Below, in pieces: positions 46,613 to 55,994 of a DNA stretch of 64,000 nt (positions within the stretch are counted from its first letter, which is position 1; each line of letters opens with the position of its first letter). Source of the DNA: Patescibacteria group bacterium (GTDB taxonomy: Bacteria; Patescibacteriota; Patescibacteriia; Patescibacteriales; UBA12465); NCBI GenBank assembly GCA_049318005.1, contig JBMOHE010000004.1:1480-65479 (forward strand). Reading direction: 5' to 3'. The notes under the pieces are model-generated. The model was not told the origin of the DNA. It searched no databases and saw only the letters and a list, made by a program, of their open reading frames with translations. The position numbers and the translations under genes were made by a program.

Positions 46613-47737
46613 TTACCAAGCGTCAAAGCGCTTAAATTTACTTTTATCAAGATCGGCATTAAAGATATCAATTTTAGAATTTTTTGGCAGGTTTGAAAGA
46701 ATTTCATAGAAGCCAAAGCTAGAAAAAAAACCAGGGGCATAAATCTTTTTTTTATCCTTTTTTAGAGTAAGAGTTATTTTCCTAATTTCACTATCCGTCA
46801 TTAAGGCTAGAGCCAGAAAAACATTATGTCCAAGCTTACCAAATATATCTTCTAAAAATGGGTATACTTTTTTAAAGTCATCGTAAACAGCTTCTCTTTG
46901 AACTTCATGATCAAGCTTACGATAAAAATTATGAAAACTCCATTGGCGTAATGATTCAAATTGCTGAGCGACTTGCGAATCAGAAAAAGAAATGAACTGT
47001 TTTTCAGCGCTCTCTTTAACTAAATGAAGAATGCAATTATTCGTCCGCTCTCTTTGACTTTTCCCAAGAGCAAAAAATTCTGCCGGCAACTGACTTTCCT
47101 GAAAATATGAACAGCGTAAAGCGTCATTAAGATCGGAAAAAGTATAGGCAATTTTATCGGCGAACATAACAACTGCATATTCAAGCGGCAAAGACCTATT
47201 CATTATTAATTGGCCATCACCACGAGAATGATTAAGGATTCCTTCCAGGGTTTCCCAGGATAGGTTTAAACCCTTTCCCGATCGTTCTACTTTTTGCGCA
47301 ATAACCAGGCTCATAACTTGATGCGTAAATTTACGACCAGCTAATTCGCTAATCGCTCTTTCGCCAATATGCCCATAAGGCGTATGGCCTATGTCGTGAC
47401 CAAGCGCTATTGCTTCAACTAAATGAACGTTAAGCCCTAAAATAGTTGCGATATAAACTGCGACCGAAACAACTTCATCGGTATGAGTTCTTCTGTTTCT
47501 CAGATGCGGATTATTTTGCCTATCTACGAACACCTGCGTCTTATCGTTTAAACGACGCAAGGACTTACTAAGGCGAATCTTTTCTTTATCTATAAAGAAG
47601 GGGTTTAAGGCACCCAGATAAATACCGTCATCATCTGAATTTTCAATAGTAGATCGACGACCAACACTCTGACTAGACGCGAATTGCTGAAAAAATAGGG
47701 CCATCTGAAAAGGCGAAAACTGATTTTCTTTTCTCAT
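46613..47737 (-). CDS. dGTPase-family HD-domain dNTP triphosphohydrolase
   Basis: RRTHTDEVVSVAVYIA..ALGHDIGHTPYGHIGE..GLNLSWETLEGILNHS matches the dGTP triphosphohydrolase family signature as I recall it. Confidence 0.8.
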   Translation of the reverse strand: MRKENQFSPFQMALFFQQFASSQSVGRRSTIENSDDDGIYLGALNPFFIDKEKIRLSKSLRRLNDKTQVFVDRQNNPHLRNRRTHTDEVVSVAVYIATILGLNVHLVEAIALGHDIGHTPYGHIGERAISELAGRKFTHQVMSLVIAQKVERSGKGLNLSWETLEGILNHSRGDGQLIMNRSLPLEYAVVMFADKIAYTFSDLNDALRCSYFQESQLPAEFFALGKSQRERTNNCILHLVKESAEKQFISFSDSQVAQQFESLRQWSFHNFYRKLDHEVQREAVYDDFKKVYPFLEDIFGKLGHNVFLALALMTDSEIRKITLTLKKDKKKIYAPGFFSSFGFYEILSNLPKNSKIDIFNADLDKSKFKRFDAW

Positions 47738-47820
47738 AATATAGGGGTTTTATTTTGTTTTTAAAGAATGATTATTAATAAAAAATTTTATAATTAATAC
47801 TAATAAATGTCAATTAGAAA

Positions 47821-47860
47821 TAAAAAAGAGCCTTGATTTCTAATGAAATCTTTGGCTCTT
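47821..47860 (-). terminator. Intrinsic terminator after 47882-48661
   Basis: Composite stem AAGAGCC..GATTTC/GAAATC..GGCTCTT followed on the - strand by TTTTTT. Confidence 0.55.
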
Positions 47861-47881
47861 AAATCTAATCATCTAGGCTCA

Positions 47882-48661
47882 TTAATAATCAACAATTTTG
47901 AAGTTTAGATTCAAAAAGGCGTTAACAAATCGAGACGAGGCTTGGAATTCTTTAGCGTTTTCCGGTTTTAGCATAAAATTTAAATTTATTCCGGGATTAA
48001 TTGTGATGTCGCCTTCCAGAATCGATATTCCTAGACCAATATTTACTGGCAACGTATACGCGAGTATTTTTTGCTCAAAAATAGTCTTAAAACCCTTTCT
48101 GTCCCAACCGTTCACGGCAACGAAAGACATGTAACTTGCGCTCATTAATATTGTTGGAGACATTTTATTTCTCCAAGGAATATACTCGGCTACAAAACCG
48201 GGCACAATATTTATTTCTGGCACAAAAAACTTAAGACCAAGTAAGCTTGTAGGACCTCTGAGCGTTGTACCGCAAAAGCTAGAAGAACTTCCAGAATAAT
48301 CGGATATAAAACCTGGACTATCAACATAACTTTTTTCTTCAAGGTTATAAGCAGATAATAGAGCTACTATGTCGTAGCCCAATCTAATTCGCTTATTATT
48401 TACAAAAATTTTTCGATAACCGATTCTACCATAAATAGGTATATCGTAGGAATTTTTACTAATTAACCCTGATAAGCCAGTCCCATCGTCTTCGTGAATT
48501 GGAATATTTCTAAAAGATTCTGGCACGCTTGAAGCGGTAAAGCCTCCTGAATAAACTTCTACAATAAAATAATTATTGTTTTCTTGCCCAAGAACAGTAT
48601 TTAATTTAGCGCTTAGGCCAAAAAAAACAAAAAGTATACTTACAAATACTAACCTTTTCAT
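47882..48661 (-). CDS. Secreted beta-rich protein with OMP-like C-terminal signature
   Basis: Signal peptide MKRLVFVSILFVFFGLSA, alternating hydrophobic pattern, and a terminal ..LNLNFKIVDY ending in an aromatic residue. Confidence 0.55.
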   Translation of the reverse strand: MKRLVFVSILFVFFGLSAKLNTVLGQENNNYFIVEVYSGGFTASSVPESFRNIPIHEDDGTGLSGLISKNSYDIPIYGRIGYRKIFVNNKRIRLGYDIVALLSAYNLEEKSYVDSPGFISDYSGSSSSFCGTTLRGPTSLLGLKFFVPEINIVPGFVAEYIPWRNKMSPTILMSASYMSFVAVNGWDRKGFKTIFEQKILAYTLPVNIGLGISILEGDITINPGINLNFMLKPENAKEFQASSRFVNAFLNLNFKIVDY

Positions 48662-48837
48662 TGTGTCTATTTTTTTTATTTATATTTTAATTGTTAAAGG
48701 AATGATTAACGTTACCAATAATATTAACAATTGTCAATTATAGCTTCTCTGATATTTGACATTTGTTAGTTAAAATTATAATATCATTTATTAATAAAAT
48801 AATTATTTTCGAACATTAACATTTTAAATTTTTACAA

Positions 48838-49275
48838 ATGAAATTTTTAGGATTTGGACTAGCCACCATACTAGCCGTAGTGATAGCCTTATTTGGATTA
48901 TCAGCTCTTAGTAACCTTAGTAACTCAATCGATAATAACGTGTTCTTACAAATGAATTGGAAAGAGATAGTTATTTCAATGCCTATTTCAATCGCCATAC
49001 TATTGGCCGCGATATCTTTCCTGGGGAAGGGCTCTGAAACCTTATGGAACTTTGCTGCCATTATAAGTTGGTTTTTATTTTTATTGACTTTCATGAGAGG
49101 ACTTTACAGCCTGAATCACTACTTCTTTGTAGCATGCCTACTTGGCGTTGGAGTATTGGCCGCTGCTCATTCTTCAATTAGAACAGAGAAAAATGACCAA
49201 GCGGGAGTCGCCGTTATGGCCTTATTATTCTTCTTTGCTACTGGGGGATCAATCGCTATAATGGTAATTTGGTAA
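48838..49275 (+). CDS. Small integral membrane protein (~4 TM)
   Basis: 145-aa hydrophobic ORF. Preferred over the overlapping - strand 92-aa ORF. Confidence 0.55.
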   Translation: MKFLGFGLATILAVVIALFGLSALSNLSNSIDNNVFLQMNWKEIVISMPISIAILLAAISFLGKGSETLWNFAAIISWFLFLLTFMRGLYSLNHYFFVACLLGVGVLAAAHSSIRTEKNDQAGVAVMALLFFFATGGSIAIMVIW

Positions 49276-49398
49276 AGAATTTTCCTAGTCTCGGCGTTAT
49301 TAAGAACAATCTTTATAACGCCTTTTTTATTACATAAACCAAATATTATCGCTATTTGTCAAATTGCCCCACGGGTTTAAAGATGATAAAATTAAACT

Positions 49399-52170
49399 AT
49401 GTCTAAAACAAAACCCAAGTTAATAATTATTGATGGAAACGCCCTTATCCATAGAAGTTTTCATGCCTTACCGCCAACGCTTCGTACTAAAAAAGGAGTT
49501 CTGGTTAATGCTGTCTATGGATTTACATCATTCCTCTTAAAAGCTTTAAACGAATTTCACCCGGAATACGTGGTTTTAACTTTAGATAAAAAGGGGCCAA
49601 CTTTTAGACATGAAACTTATACTGAATATAAAGCAACTCGCGTTAAGGCGCCTGACGAATTATATGAGCAGATTCCCCTGGTTAAAAAAGTAGCCGAGGC
49701 TTTTAATATTCCAATTTTTGAATTAAGCGGTTTTGAGGCTGACGATTTAATTGGCACGATTTGCGAGAAAACTAATTCCGAAAAGAATTTAGAAAAAATC
49801 ATTATTACCGGTGATATGGATACGCTCCAGTTAATTAATAATAAAACTAAAGTCTATACCATGAGTCGCGGTTTATCCGATAGTGTTTTGTATGGCGATG
49901 AACAGGTTAGAGCTCGTTATAATTTAAATCCTGACCAGATTATTGATTACAAAGCTTTGCGAGGCGACCCTAGCGATAATATTCCTGGCGTTAAAGGGAT
50001 TGGTGAAAAAACAGCTAGTGATTTACTTGTTGAGTTTAAAACTTTAGACGGGGTTTATAAAGCGGTTAAAGAAAATAGCGATAAAATTAGACCTCGTATT
50101 TTAGAATTACTAAAAGAACATAAAGACAATGCTTATCTAAGCCAAGACCTCGCAACCATTCGTCTAGACGCGCCTTTAAAATTTTCTTTAGACGATATTA
50201 GTTTCACTTCTTTTAAACTAGATAATGTTTTGAGTATTTTTAGCGAATTTGAATTTAAATCACTACTACCAAAAGTTAAAGATTTGCGCGATAGAATTAA
50301 TAAAGATCATGGCGTTAAAGATAGCAAAGAAACTAATGAGAAAGATACAAATAAAAACAGTGGGGCGGAAAAATTTACCCGCAATGCCAAAAAGTTTGAT
50401 TATCAATTAGTAAACGACGATAAAAAGTTCTCCTCTTTTTTAAAAAAGTTAAAATTGCAAAAAGAATTTACTCTTGATACCGAAACTTCTGGGCTAGACC
50501 CAATTACCGCCAGTCTAATAGGCATTAGTTTTTCTTGGACCGAGGGCGAAGCTTATTTTATTATAAGTAATGAAAAAAGATTAGCTGAGTTAAAAGAAAT
50601 TTTAGAGAATAAAAAAGTAAAAAAATACGGACATAACTTAAAATTTGATTGGAGGGTTTTGAAAAACCAAGGAGTGGAATTAAAAGGCTTAAGTTTTGAT
50701 ACCATGCTCGCTTCTTATCTACTCAACCCCGGTAACCGCCAACATAATTTAGACTCAATTGTTTTTAACGAACTGGGCTTTGAAAAAATTAGTAAAGAAA
50801 ACTTAGCCGCTACCCAGGCAACTCAGTTAAGCCTTGATTTTAGCGCCCTTGATCCAGAGAAATTAAGTCTTTATTCTTGCGAAGATGCTGATTTCACTAA
50901 TCGTCTCGTTAAAATTCTAACTAAACGTTTAAAAGCGGAAAATTTAATTGAATTATTTACGCTTTTAGAAATGCCTTTAATTTCTATTCTCGGCGAAATT
51001 GAAAATAACGGAATTAAGCTTGACTTAAAACCAATAAAAAAATTAAGTCTTGAGGTCGGAGATAAATTAGAGACTTTAGAAAAAAATATTCATAAATTAG
51101 CTAAGACTAAATTTAATATTAACTCCACTAAGCAGTTAAAAGAAATTTTATTTGAAAAATTAGCTATCCCAACCGACAATATTAAAAAAACCAAAACTGG
51201 TTTTTCTACTGCTGAAGATGAACTTGAAAAATTAAACGATCTTCATCCAATTATTCCGCTTCTCCGCGACTATCGAGAATTAAATAAACTTCAAACTACT
51301 TATTTAAGTGCTTTGCCGGGAATGATAAATTCTAAAACTGGCCGCATTCATACTAGTTTTAACCAAACCGTAACTGCGACTGGCCGCTTATCATCAAGTG
51401 ACCCAAATCTGCAGAATATTCCAACCAGAACCGAAGAGGGTCAAAAAATTCGCGAAGCTTTTATCGCCGCTCCAGGATATAAATTATTGGGTTTTGATTA
51501 TTCTCAGATTGAACTACGTTTAGGCGCTCATATTTCTGGAGACAAAAAAATGATTGCGGCTTTTAAAAATAATGAAGATATTCATACTGCCACGGCCGCA
51601 GAAATTAATGGCGTAAAATTATCTGAAGTGACTAAAAGTATGCGCCGCGAAGCCAAGGCGATTAACTTTGGCATTCTTTACGGCCAAGGTCCTCATGGTT
51701 TAAGCCAATCAGCTGGTATTCCATATTTTCAAGCCAGTGAATTTATTAAAAAATATTTTGTTGCTTACCCAAGTATTAAAAAGATGATCAGCAATTCAAT
51801 TGCTGAGGCTCAGAAAAATTCTTACGCAATTACCTTATTCGGACGTAAACGCCCACTGCCAGAAATTAATTCAAATATGGGCATGGTTAGAAAAAGTGCC
51901 GAGCGCATGGCTATAAATACCCCTCTTCAAGGAACAGCCGCTGACATGATTAAAATGGCGATGATCAAAGTTGAGGAATTAATTTACGGCCATGAAGATG
52001 AAATCCGTATGATTCTTCAGGTTCACGATGAGTTGATTTTTGAAGTTAAAGAAGATAAGCTTGATTCTTACGCTAAAGATATCAAAAATATCATGCAAGA
52101 TGTTTTAAAATTACGCGTACCAATTATCGTTGACCAAAATATTGGCGATAACTGGGGCGACTTAAAATAA
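49399..52170 (+). CDS. polA: DNA polymerase I
   Basis: 5' nuclease domain (IIIDGNALIHRSFHA), 3'-5' exonuclease-like domain (TLDTETSGLD) and polymerase motifs DYSQIELR, RREAKAINFGILYG and QVHDEL. Confidence 0.95.
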   Translation: MSKTKPKLIIIDGNALIHRSFHALPPTLRTKKGVLVNAVYGFTSFLLKALNEFHPEYVVLTLDKKGPTFRHETYTEYKATRVKAPDELYEQIPLVKKVAEAFNIPIFELSGFEADDLIGTICEKTNSEKNLEKIIITGDMDTLQLINNKTKVYTMSRGLSDSVLYGDEQVRARYNLNPDQIIDYKALRGDPSDNIPGVKGIGEKTASDLLVEFKTLDGVYKAVKENSDKIRPRILELLKEHKDNAYLSQDLATIRLDAPLKFSLDDISFTSFKLDNVLSIFSEFEFKSLLPKVKDLRDRINKDHGVKDSKETNEKDTNKNSGAEKFTRNAKKFDYQLVNDDKKFSSFLKKLKLQKEFTLDTETSGLDPITASLIGISFSWTEGEAYFIISNEKRLAELKEILENKKVKKYGHNLKFDWRVLKNQGVELKGLSFDTMLASYLLNPGNRQHNLDSIVFNELGFEKISKENLAATQATQLSLDFSALDPEKLSLYSCEDADFTNRLVKILTKRLKAENLIELFTLLEMPLISILGEIENNGIKLDLKPIKKLSLEVGDKLETLEKNIHKLAKTKFNINSTKQLKEILFEKLAIPTDNIKKTKTGFSTAEDELEKLNDLHPIIPLLRDYRELNKLQTTYLSALPGMINSKTGRIHTSFNQTVTATGRLSSSDPNLQNIPTRTEEGQKIREAFIAAPGYKLLGFDYSQIELRLGAHISGDKKMIAAFKNNEDIHTATAAEINGVKLSEVTKSMRREAKAINFGILYGQGPHGLSQSAGIPYFQASEFIKKYFVAYPSIKKMISNSIAEAQKNSYAITLFGRKRPLPEINSNMGMVRKSAERMAINTPLQGTAADMIKMAMIKVEELIYGHEDEIRMILQVHDELIFEVKEDKLDSYAKDIKNIMQDVLKLRVPIIVDQNIGDNWGDLK

Positions 52171-52171
52171 A

Positions 52172-53440
52172 ATGCCTAAGTATAAATATTTAGAAAAATT
52201 TAATAATAAGAAGATTGCTCTTTTAGGACTTGGTCTAGATAATCAGGCCTTATTAGAATTATTAAAGAGCCAGAAAGTAAAAGCGGAAATTACTATTAAA
52301 GATGCTCGCCAGGACCCTAAGGGATTCAATAAAAATCTTTATCAATTTGATATTTTATTTCGTTCCCCGGGCTGGCCTATTCTTTGCCCAGGAATTCAAG
52401 AAGCTTTAAATAAAGGAAAGACAGAAATGACTAGCCCCTTAAATTTATTTTTTGCACTTTGCCCAAGTAAAAATATAATTGGCGTAAGTGGAACTAAAGG
52501 GAAAGGGACGACCGCTAGTTTAATTTATCAGATTCTAAAAGATAGTGGCAAAAAAGTTTGGCTAGGCGGAAACATCGGCATCGCGCCCTTAGGCTTTTTA
52601 AATAAAATTAAAGCGAGTGATTATGTTGTTCTTGAATTATCAAGTTTCCAGCTCGAAGATTTAAAATTCTCACCGATGATTTCGGTTATTACTAATCTCT
52701 ATAAAGAACATTTAGCGCCCGCTGATCCTAATAATCCAAATTTTCATAACTCTTATAGCAAGTACTGGCAAGCAAAATTAAATATTGCAAAAAATATACA
52801 AAATAAATATTTAGTTATTAATTCTAGTTTAAAATCTAAAGTTAAAAAAATTAAACTCCCAGGAAAGTTAGTTTATTTCTCCGCAAGCCAAATAAGTTCA
52901 AAACTAGTTGGCACATATAATAAAGAAAATATTGGCGCCGCTTTAGAAGTAGCTAAAATCCTAAAAATAAATAACAAATCAGCCGAAAAGAGTGTTGCCA
53001 AATTCGGTAACCTTGAACACCGCCTAGAGCTTGTTGAAGAAATAAATAAAATTAAATATTTTGATAATAGTTTTTCTACAACTCCTGAAAGCACGGTTCT
53101 AGATTTAAAATCATTTACTACTCCAATAATTCAAATTGCTGGCGGAGCTGATAAAGGCGCAAGTTTTAAAGACTTGGCTAAAACTATGAAAGCCAAAGTT
53201 AAGTTTCTAATTCTTCTTCCCGGTAATGGCACTAAAAATATTAAAAAAGAATTAATTAAAATAAAATTTCCAAATATTAAATTTAAAGAGGTGGAAAATA
53301 TGGAGGAGGCAGTCAGAATCGCTGAACAAAAAGCGGTGGCTGGTGACACAGTATTGCTATCAACCGGTTGTGCTAGTTTTGGAATTTTTAAAAATTATAA
53401 AGAGCGAGGTGATTTGTTTAAAAAATATGTTAGAAACTAA
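52172..53440 (+). CDS. murD: UDP-N-acetylmuramoylalanine--D-glutamate ligase
   Basis: MurD-type Rossmann N-terminus (LLGLGLDNQAL), P-loop GVSGTKGKGTT and Mur ligase C-terminal domain. Next to murI. Confidence 0.85.
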   Translation: MPKYKYLEKFNNKKIALLGLGLDNQALLELLKSQKVKAEITIKDARQDPKGFNKNLYQFDILFRSPGWPILCPGIQEALNKGKTEMTSPLNLFFALCPSKNIIGVSGTKGKGTTASLIYQILKDSGKKVWLGGNIGIAPLGFLNKIKASDYVVLELSSFQLEDLKFSPMISVITNLYKEHLAPADPNNPNFHNSYSKYWQAKLNIAKNIQNKYLVINSSLKSKVKKIKLPGKLVYFSASQISSKLVGTYNKENIGAALEVAKILKINNKSAEKSVAKFGNLEHRLELVEEINKIKYFDNSFSTTPESTVLDLKSFTTPIIQIAGGADKGASFKDLAKTMKAKVKFLILLPGNGTKNIKKELIKIKFPNIKFKEVENMEEAVRIAEQKAVAGDTVLLSTGCASFGIFKNYKERGDLFKKYVRN

Positions 53441-54266
53441 GCCTAAAAATATAATTGGCGTTTTTGATTCTGGACTAGGCGGTCTAACGGTTTTTAAATA
53501 CTTTTTAAGTGACTTGCCAGAATATAGCTATATTTATTTCGGTGATAACGCGCGTCTACCATACGGAACAAAATCTCAAGAAACTATTTACGAATATACT
53601 CGTGAAGCAGTTGAATTTCTATTCAAACAAGGATGTAATCTTATAATCATTGCCTGCAATACCGCTTCTTCTCAGGCTCTAAGAAAAATTCAACAAGAAT
53701 ATTTACCTAAACATTATCCTAATCGTCGCGTGCTAGGCGTCATTCGTCCGCTCGTTGAAGAAATTACTAACAATAAAAATTTAAAACGAGTCGGCATTCT
53801 AGGAACTAAAGCTACAATAAATTCTAAGGCCTATGAAATTGAGCTAAAAAAAATAAACCCAAAAATTGAAGTTGTTTCTCAAGGCGCTCCTTTGTTAGTC
53901 CCTTTAATTGAAGAGGGCTATTTAGATAGACCAGAAACAAAAATGATTTTAAAAAAATATCTCCACCCTTTAAAAACAAAACAAGTCGACGCTTTAATTT
54001 TAGCCTGTACTCATTATCCCTTTCTTTATAAAAAAATAATTAAAATAATGGGCAAATCTACTAAAGTTCCTCATCCAGGCGAAATCATTTCAGCAAGTTT
54101 AAAAAAGTATCTATCTCGACACGAAGAACTTGGGTTAAGTCAAGGTAAAAAACCTGAAGTTAATTATTATACCAGTGATAATCCAAAACTATTTAAAGAA
54201 CTAGCCGAAAAATTTTTAGCCAGAAAAATTAGCAATCTAAAACAGGTTGATATTACCGAATTTTAA
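53427..54266 (+). CDS. murI: Glutamate racemase
   Basis: IGVFDSGLGGLTV, IIACNTAS and LACTHYP motifs. Start set at MLETKP, overlapping the murD end by 14 nt. Confidence 0.9.
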   Translation: MLETKPKNIIGVFDSGLGGLTVFKYFLSDLPEYSYIYFGDNARLPYGTKSQETIYEYTREAVEFLFKQGCNLIIIACNTASSQALRKIQQEYLPKHYPNRRVLGVIRPLVEEITNNKNLKRVGILGTKATINSKAYEIELKKINPKIEVVSQGAPLLVPLIEEGYLDRPETKMILKKYLHPLKTKQVDALILACTHYPFLYKKIIKIMGKSTKVPHPGEIISASLKKYLSRHEELGLSQGKKPEVNYYTSDNPKLFKELAEKFLARKISNLKQVDITEF

Positions 54267-54268
54267 TT

Positions 54269-55237
54269 ATGATAATATTTTTACACGGAGCCGATACCTT
54301 TCGTAGCCATCGCATGCTCCAAGAAATGAAAAATAAGTTTATTAAAGATAGCGATAAAGATGCTAATAGTTTAAGCGTGCTCAGTGGCGCATCAACCAGC
54401 CTCAAAGAAATCGCAGAAAAGGTTAATACCGGCTCCCTTTTTGTAAAAAAGCGTTTAACAGTCATTGAAAATATTTTTAAAAACAAAAAAACAAAACTAT
54501 TTACTGAGCTGGTTGATTATTTAAAAAAGTTTTCAGACAGTGAAGATAATATTATCATTTTTATTGATGAAGAATTAAATAGCAAAGAAAAACCATTAAA
54601 GGCTGACGCCAAAAAGTTATTCACTTTTTTAAATAAACAAAAGTTTGTTCAGGAGTTTTCCGCATTAACCAATATTCAACTTCTAAACTTCATTAAAAAA
54701 GAATGCGAACTATATAATAAAGAAATGAGTGCTAGCGCCGGCACACTTTTAATAAGCTACACTGGCGGCGACCTATGGCTAATGACGAGTGAACTAAAAA
54801 AATTATGTTTTTATTGCACAAATAAAATAATATCCGAGGGCGACGTGAAAGAAATGTGTGCAGGCTTAATCAATGAAAATATCTTTGCACTTACTGACGC
54901 CCTAAGCATAAAAAATAAAACCCAGGCTCTGAAATTATTAGAAGAACAATACGCTGCCGGCCTAAATGATGAGTATTTAATTGCCATGCTAATTCGTCAG
55001 TTTAAAATTCTTTTACAAATCAGAACAACAATTGATAATAATTTAAGCCCAAGCGAAACGGCTACTATTTTAAAGCTTCATCCCTACGTTATTAAAAAAG
55101 GACTATCCCAGGCAAGGAATTTTTCAGCTACTACTTTAAAAAATTATCTAAACCAGCTAATACGCCTAGACTTTTCCAATAAAAACGGCTTAAGTGATAT
55201 AAAAACCGAATTAATGCTTTTAATTTCTACCCTCTAA
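54269..55237 (+). CDS. holA: DNA polymerase III delta subunit
   Basis: 322 aa. N-terminal IIFLHGADTF, an overall helical C-terminal half, and size typical of HolA. Assignment by resemblance only. Confidence 0.7.
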   Translation: MIIFLHGADTFRSHRMLQEMKNKFIKDSDKDANSLSVLSGASTSLKEIAEKVNTGSLFVKKRLTVIENIFKNKKTKLFTELVDYLKKFSDSEDNIIIFIDEELNSKEKPLKADAKKLFTFLNKQKFVQEFSALTNIQLLNFIKKECELYNKEMSASAGTLLISYTGGDLWLMTSELKKLCFYCTNKIISEGDVKEMCAGLINENIFALTDALSIKNKTQALKLLEEQYAAGLNDEYLIAMLIRQFKILLQIRTTIDNNLSPSETATILKLHPYVIKKGLSQARNFSATTLKNYLNQLIRLDFSNKNGLSDIKTELMLLISTL

Positions 55238-55288
55238 GGACTTGCCTTTTTATTTAATATTTGATATATTTTTATTCGTAAATTCAGA

Positions 55289-55362
55289 GGGCGATTAGCT
55301 CAGTTGGTTAGAGCGCTACACTGATAATGTAGAGGTCGGAGGTTCGAATCCTCCATCGCCCA
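55289..55362 (+). tRNA. tRNA-Ile (GAU)
   Basis: Acceptor GGGCGAT/ATCGCCC, anticodon loop CUGAUAA, T-arm GGAGGTTCGAATCCTCC. Confidence 0.93.
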
Positions 55363-55394
55363 CATTGCTACTTCGTAGCTTTAAAAAACTTAAT

Positions 55395-55467
55395 AGCGGG
55401 ATAGAGCAGTTGGCAGCTCGCTAGGCCCATAACCTAGAGGTCGTCGGTTCGAGTCCGACTCCCGCAA
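55395..55467 (+). tRNA. tRNA-Met (CAU), initiator-like
   Basis: Hand fold: 1:72 is an A-A mismatch, A11:U24 is present, the anticodon loop is CCCAUAA (C at position 33), and the T-arm is GTCGGTTCGAGTCCGAC. tRNA-Ile2 cannot be excluded by eye. Confidence 0.8.
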
Positions 55468-55477
55468 CTAATGTCGC

Positions 55478-55549
55478 GCCTCGGTAGCTCAGTGGTAGAG
55501 CAAAGGATTGAAAATCCTTGTGTCGTCAGTCCGATTCTGACCCGGGGCA
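55478..55549 (+). tRNA. tRNA-Phe (GAA)
   Basis: Acceptor GCCTCGG/CCGGGGC (one U-G pair), D-arm GCTCAGTGGTAGAGC, anticodon loop UUGAAAA. Confidence 0.9.
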
Positions 55550-55574
55550 CAGAGCAAGGTTTAAACAGCTGACA

Positions 55575-55649
55575 CGGGGTGTGGCCCAGCTGGTCTAAGG
55601 CGTCTGGTTTGGGACCAGAAGATCGAGAGTTCGAATCTCTCCACCCCGA
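55575..55649 (+). tRNA. tRNA-Pro (UGG)
   Basis: Acceptor CGGGGTG/CACCCCG, anticodon loop UUUGGGA, T-arm GAGAGTTCGAATCTCTC. Confidence 0.92.
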
Positions 55650-55654
55650 CATAA

Positions 55655-55688
55655 TAAAAAATACAGCCCATAAGGCTGTATTTTTTTA
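55655..55688. terminator. Bidirectional intrinsic terminator after the tRNA cluster
   Basis: ATACAGCC-cataa-GGCTGTAT flanked by an A-run and an 8-T run. Confidence 0.75.
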
Positions 55689-55693
55689 TATAT

Positions 55694-55975
55694 CTATCTC
55701 ATTTTCATTTCTCTGTTCTGCTCACCACCATCTTTAAATTTATTAAGTTTTATTAGAATCTCCTTTATCTCATTTGGATCAGTCAAATCTTCCCAGGGAT
55801 TGAACTTTAATAATTGCTCAAGCTTAAATTCACCTTCAAGTTTCTTTGTCTCCATGTCCCACTGCTCAACTAAAACCTCCATTGCTTCCTCGGTTCCAAT
55901 TTTTGAAATATCAGACTCCTTGGCTATTAAAATTCTTTTCCCTAATTTTGCGATTGGTTTATCGTATTTATTCAT
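55694..55975 (-). CDS. Hypothetical 93-aa protein
   Basis: ORF downstream of the 945-aa gene with a 19-nt gap. No motif. Confidence 0.5.
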   Translation of the reverse strand: MNKYDKPIAKLGKRILIAKESDISKIGTEEAMEVLVEQWDMETKKLEGEFKLEQLLKFNPWEDLTDPNEIKEILIKLNKFKDGGEQNREMKMR

Positions 55976-55994
55976 AAAATTTAATTAATTACAA

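Noticed and set aside
48816-49094. 92-aa - strand ORF overlapping 48838-49275
   Set aside because: The + strand ORF is longer and encodes a coherent four-helix membrane protein. The - strand product looks like its antisense shadow.
55434-55652. 72-aa - strand ORF
   Set aside because: It lies entirely antisense to the tRNA-Met, tRNA-Phe and tRNA-Pro genes.
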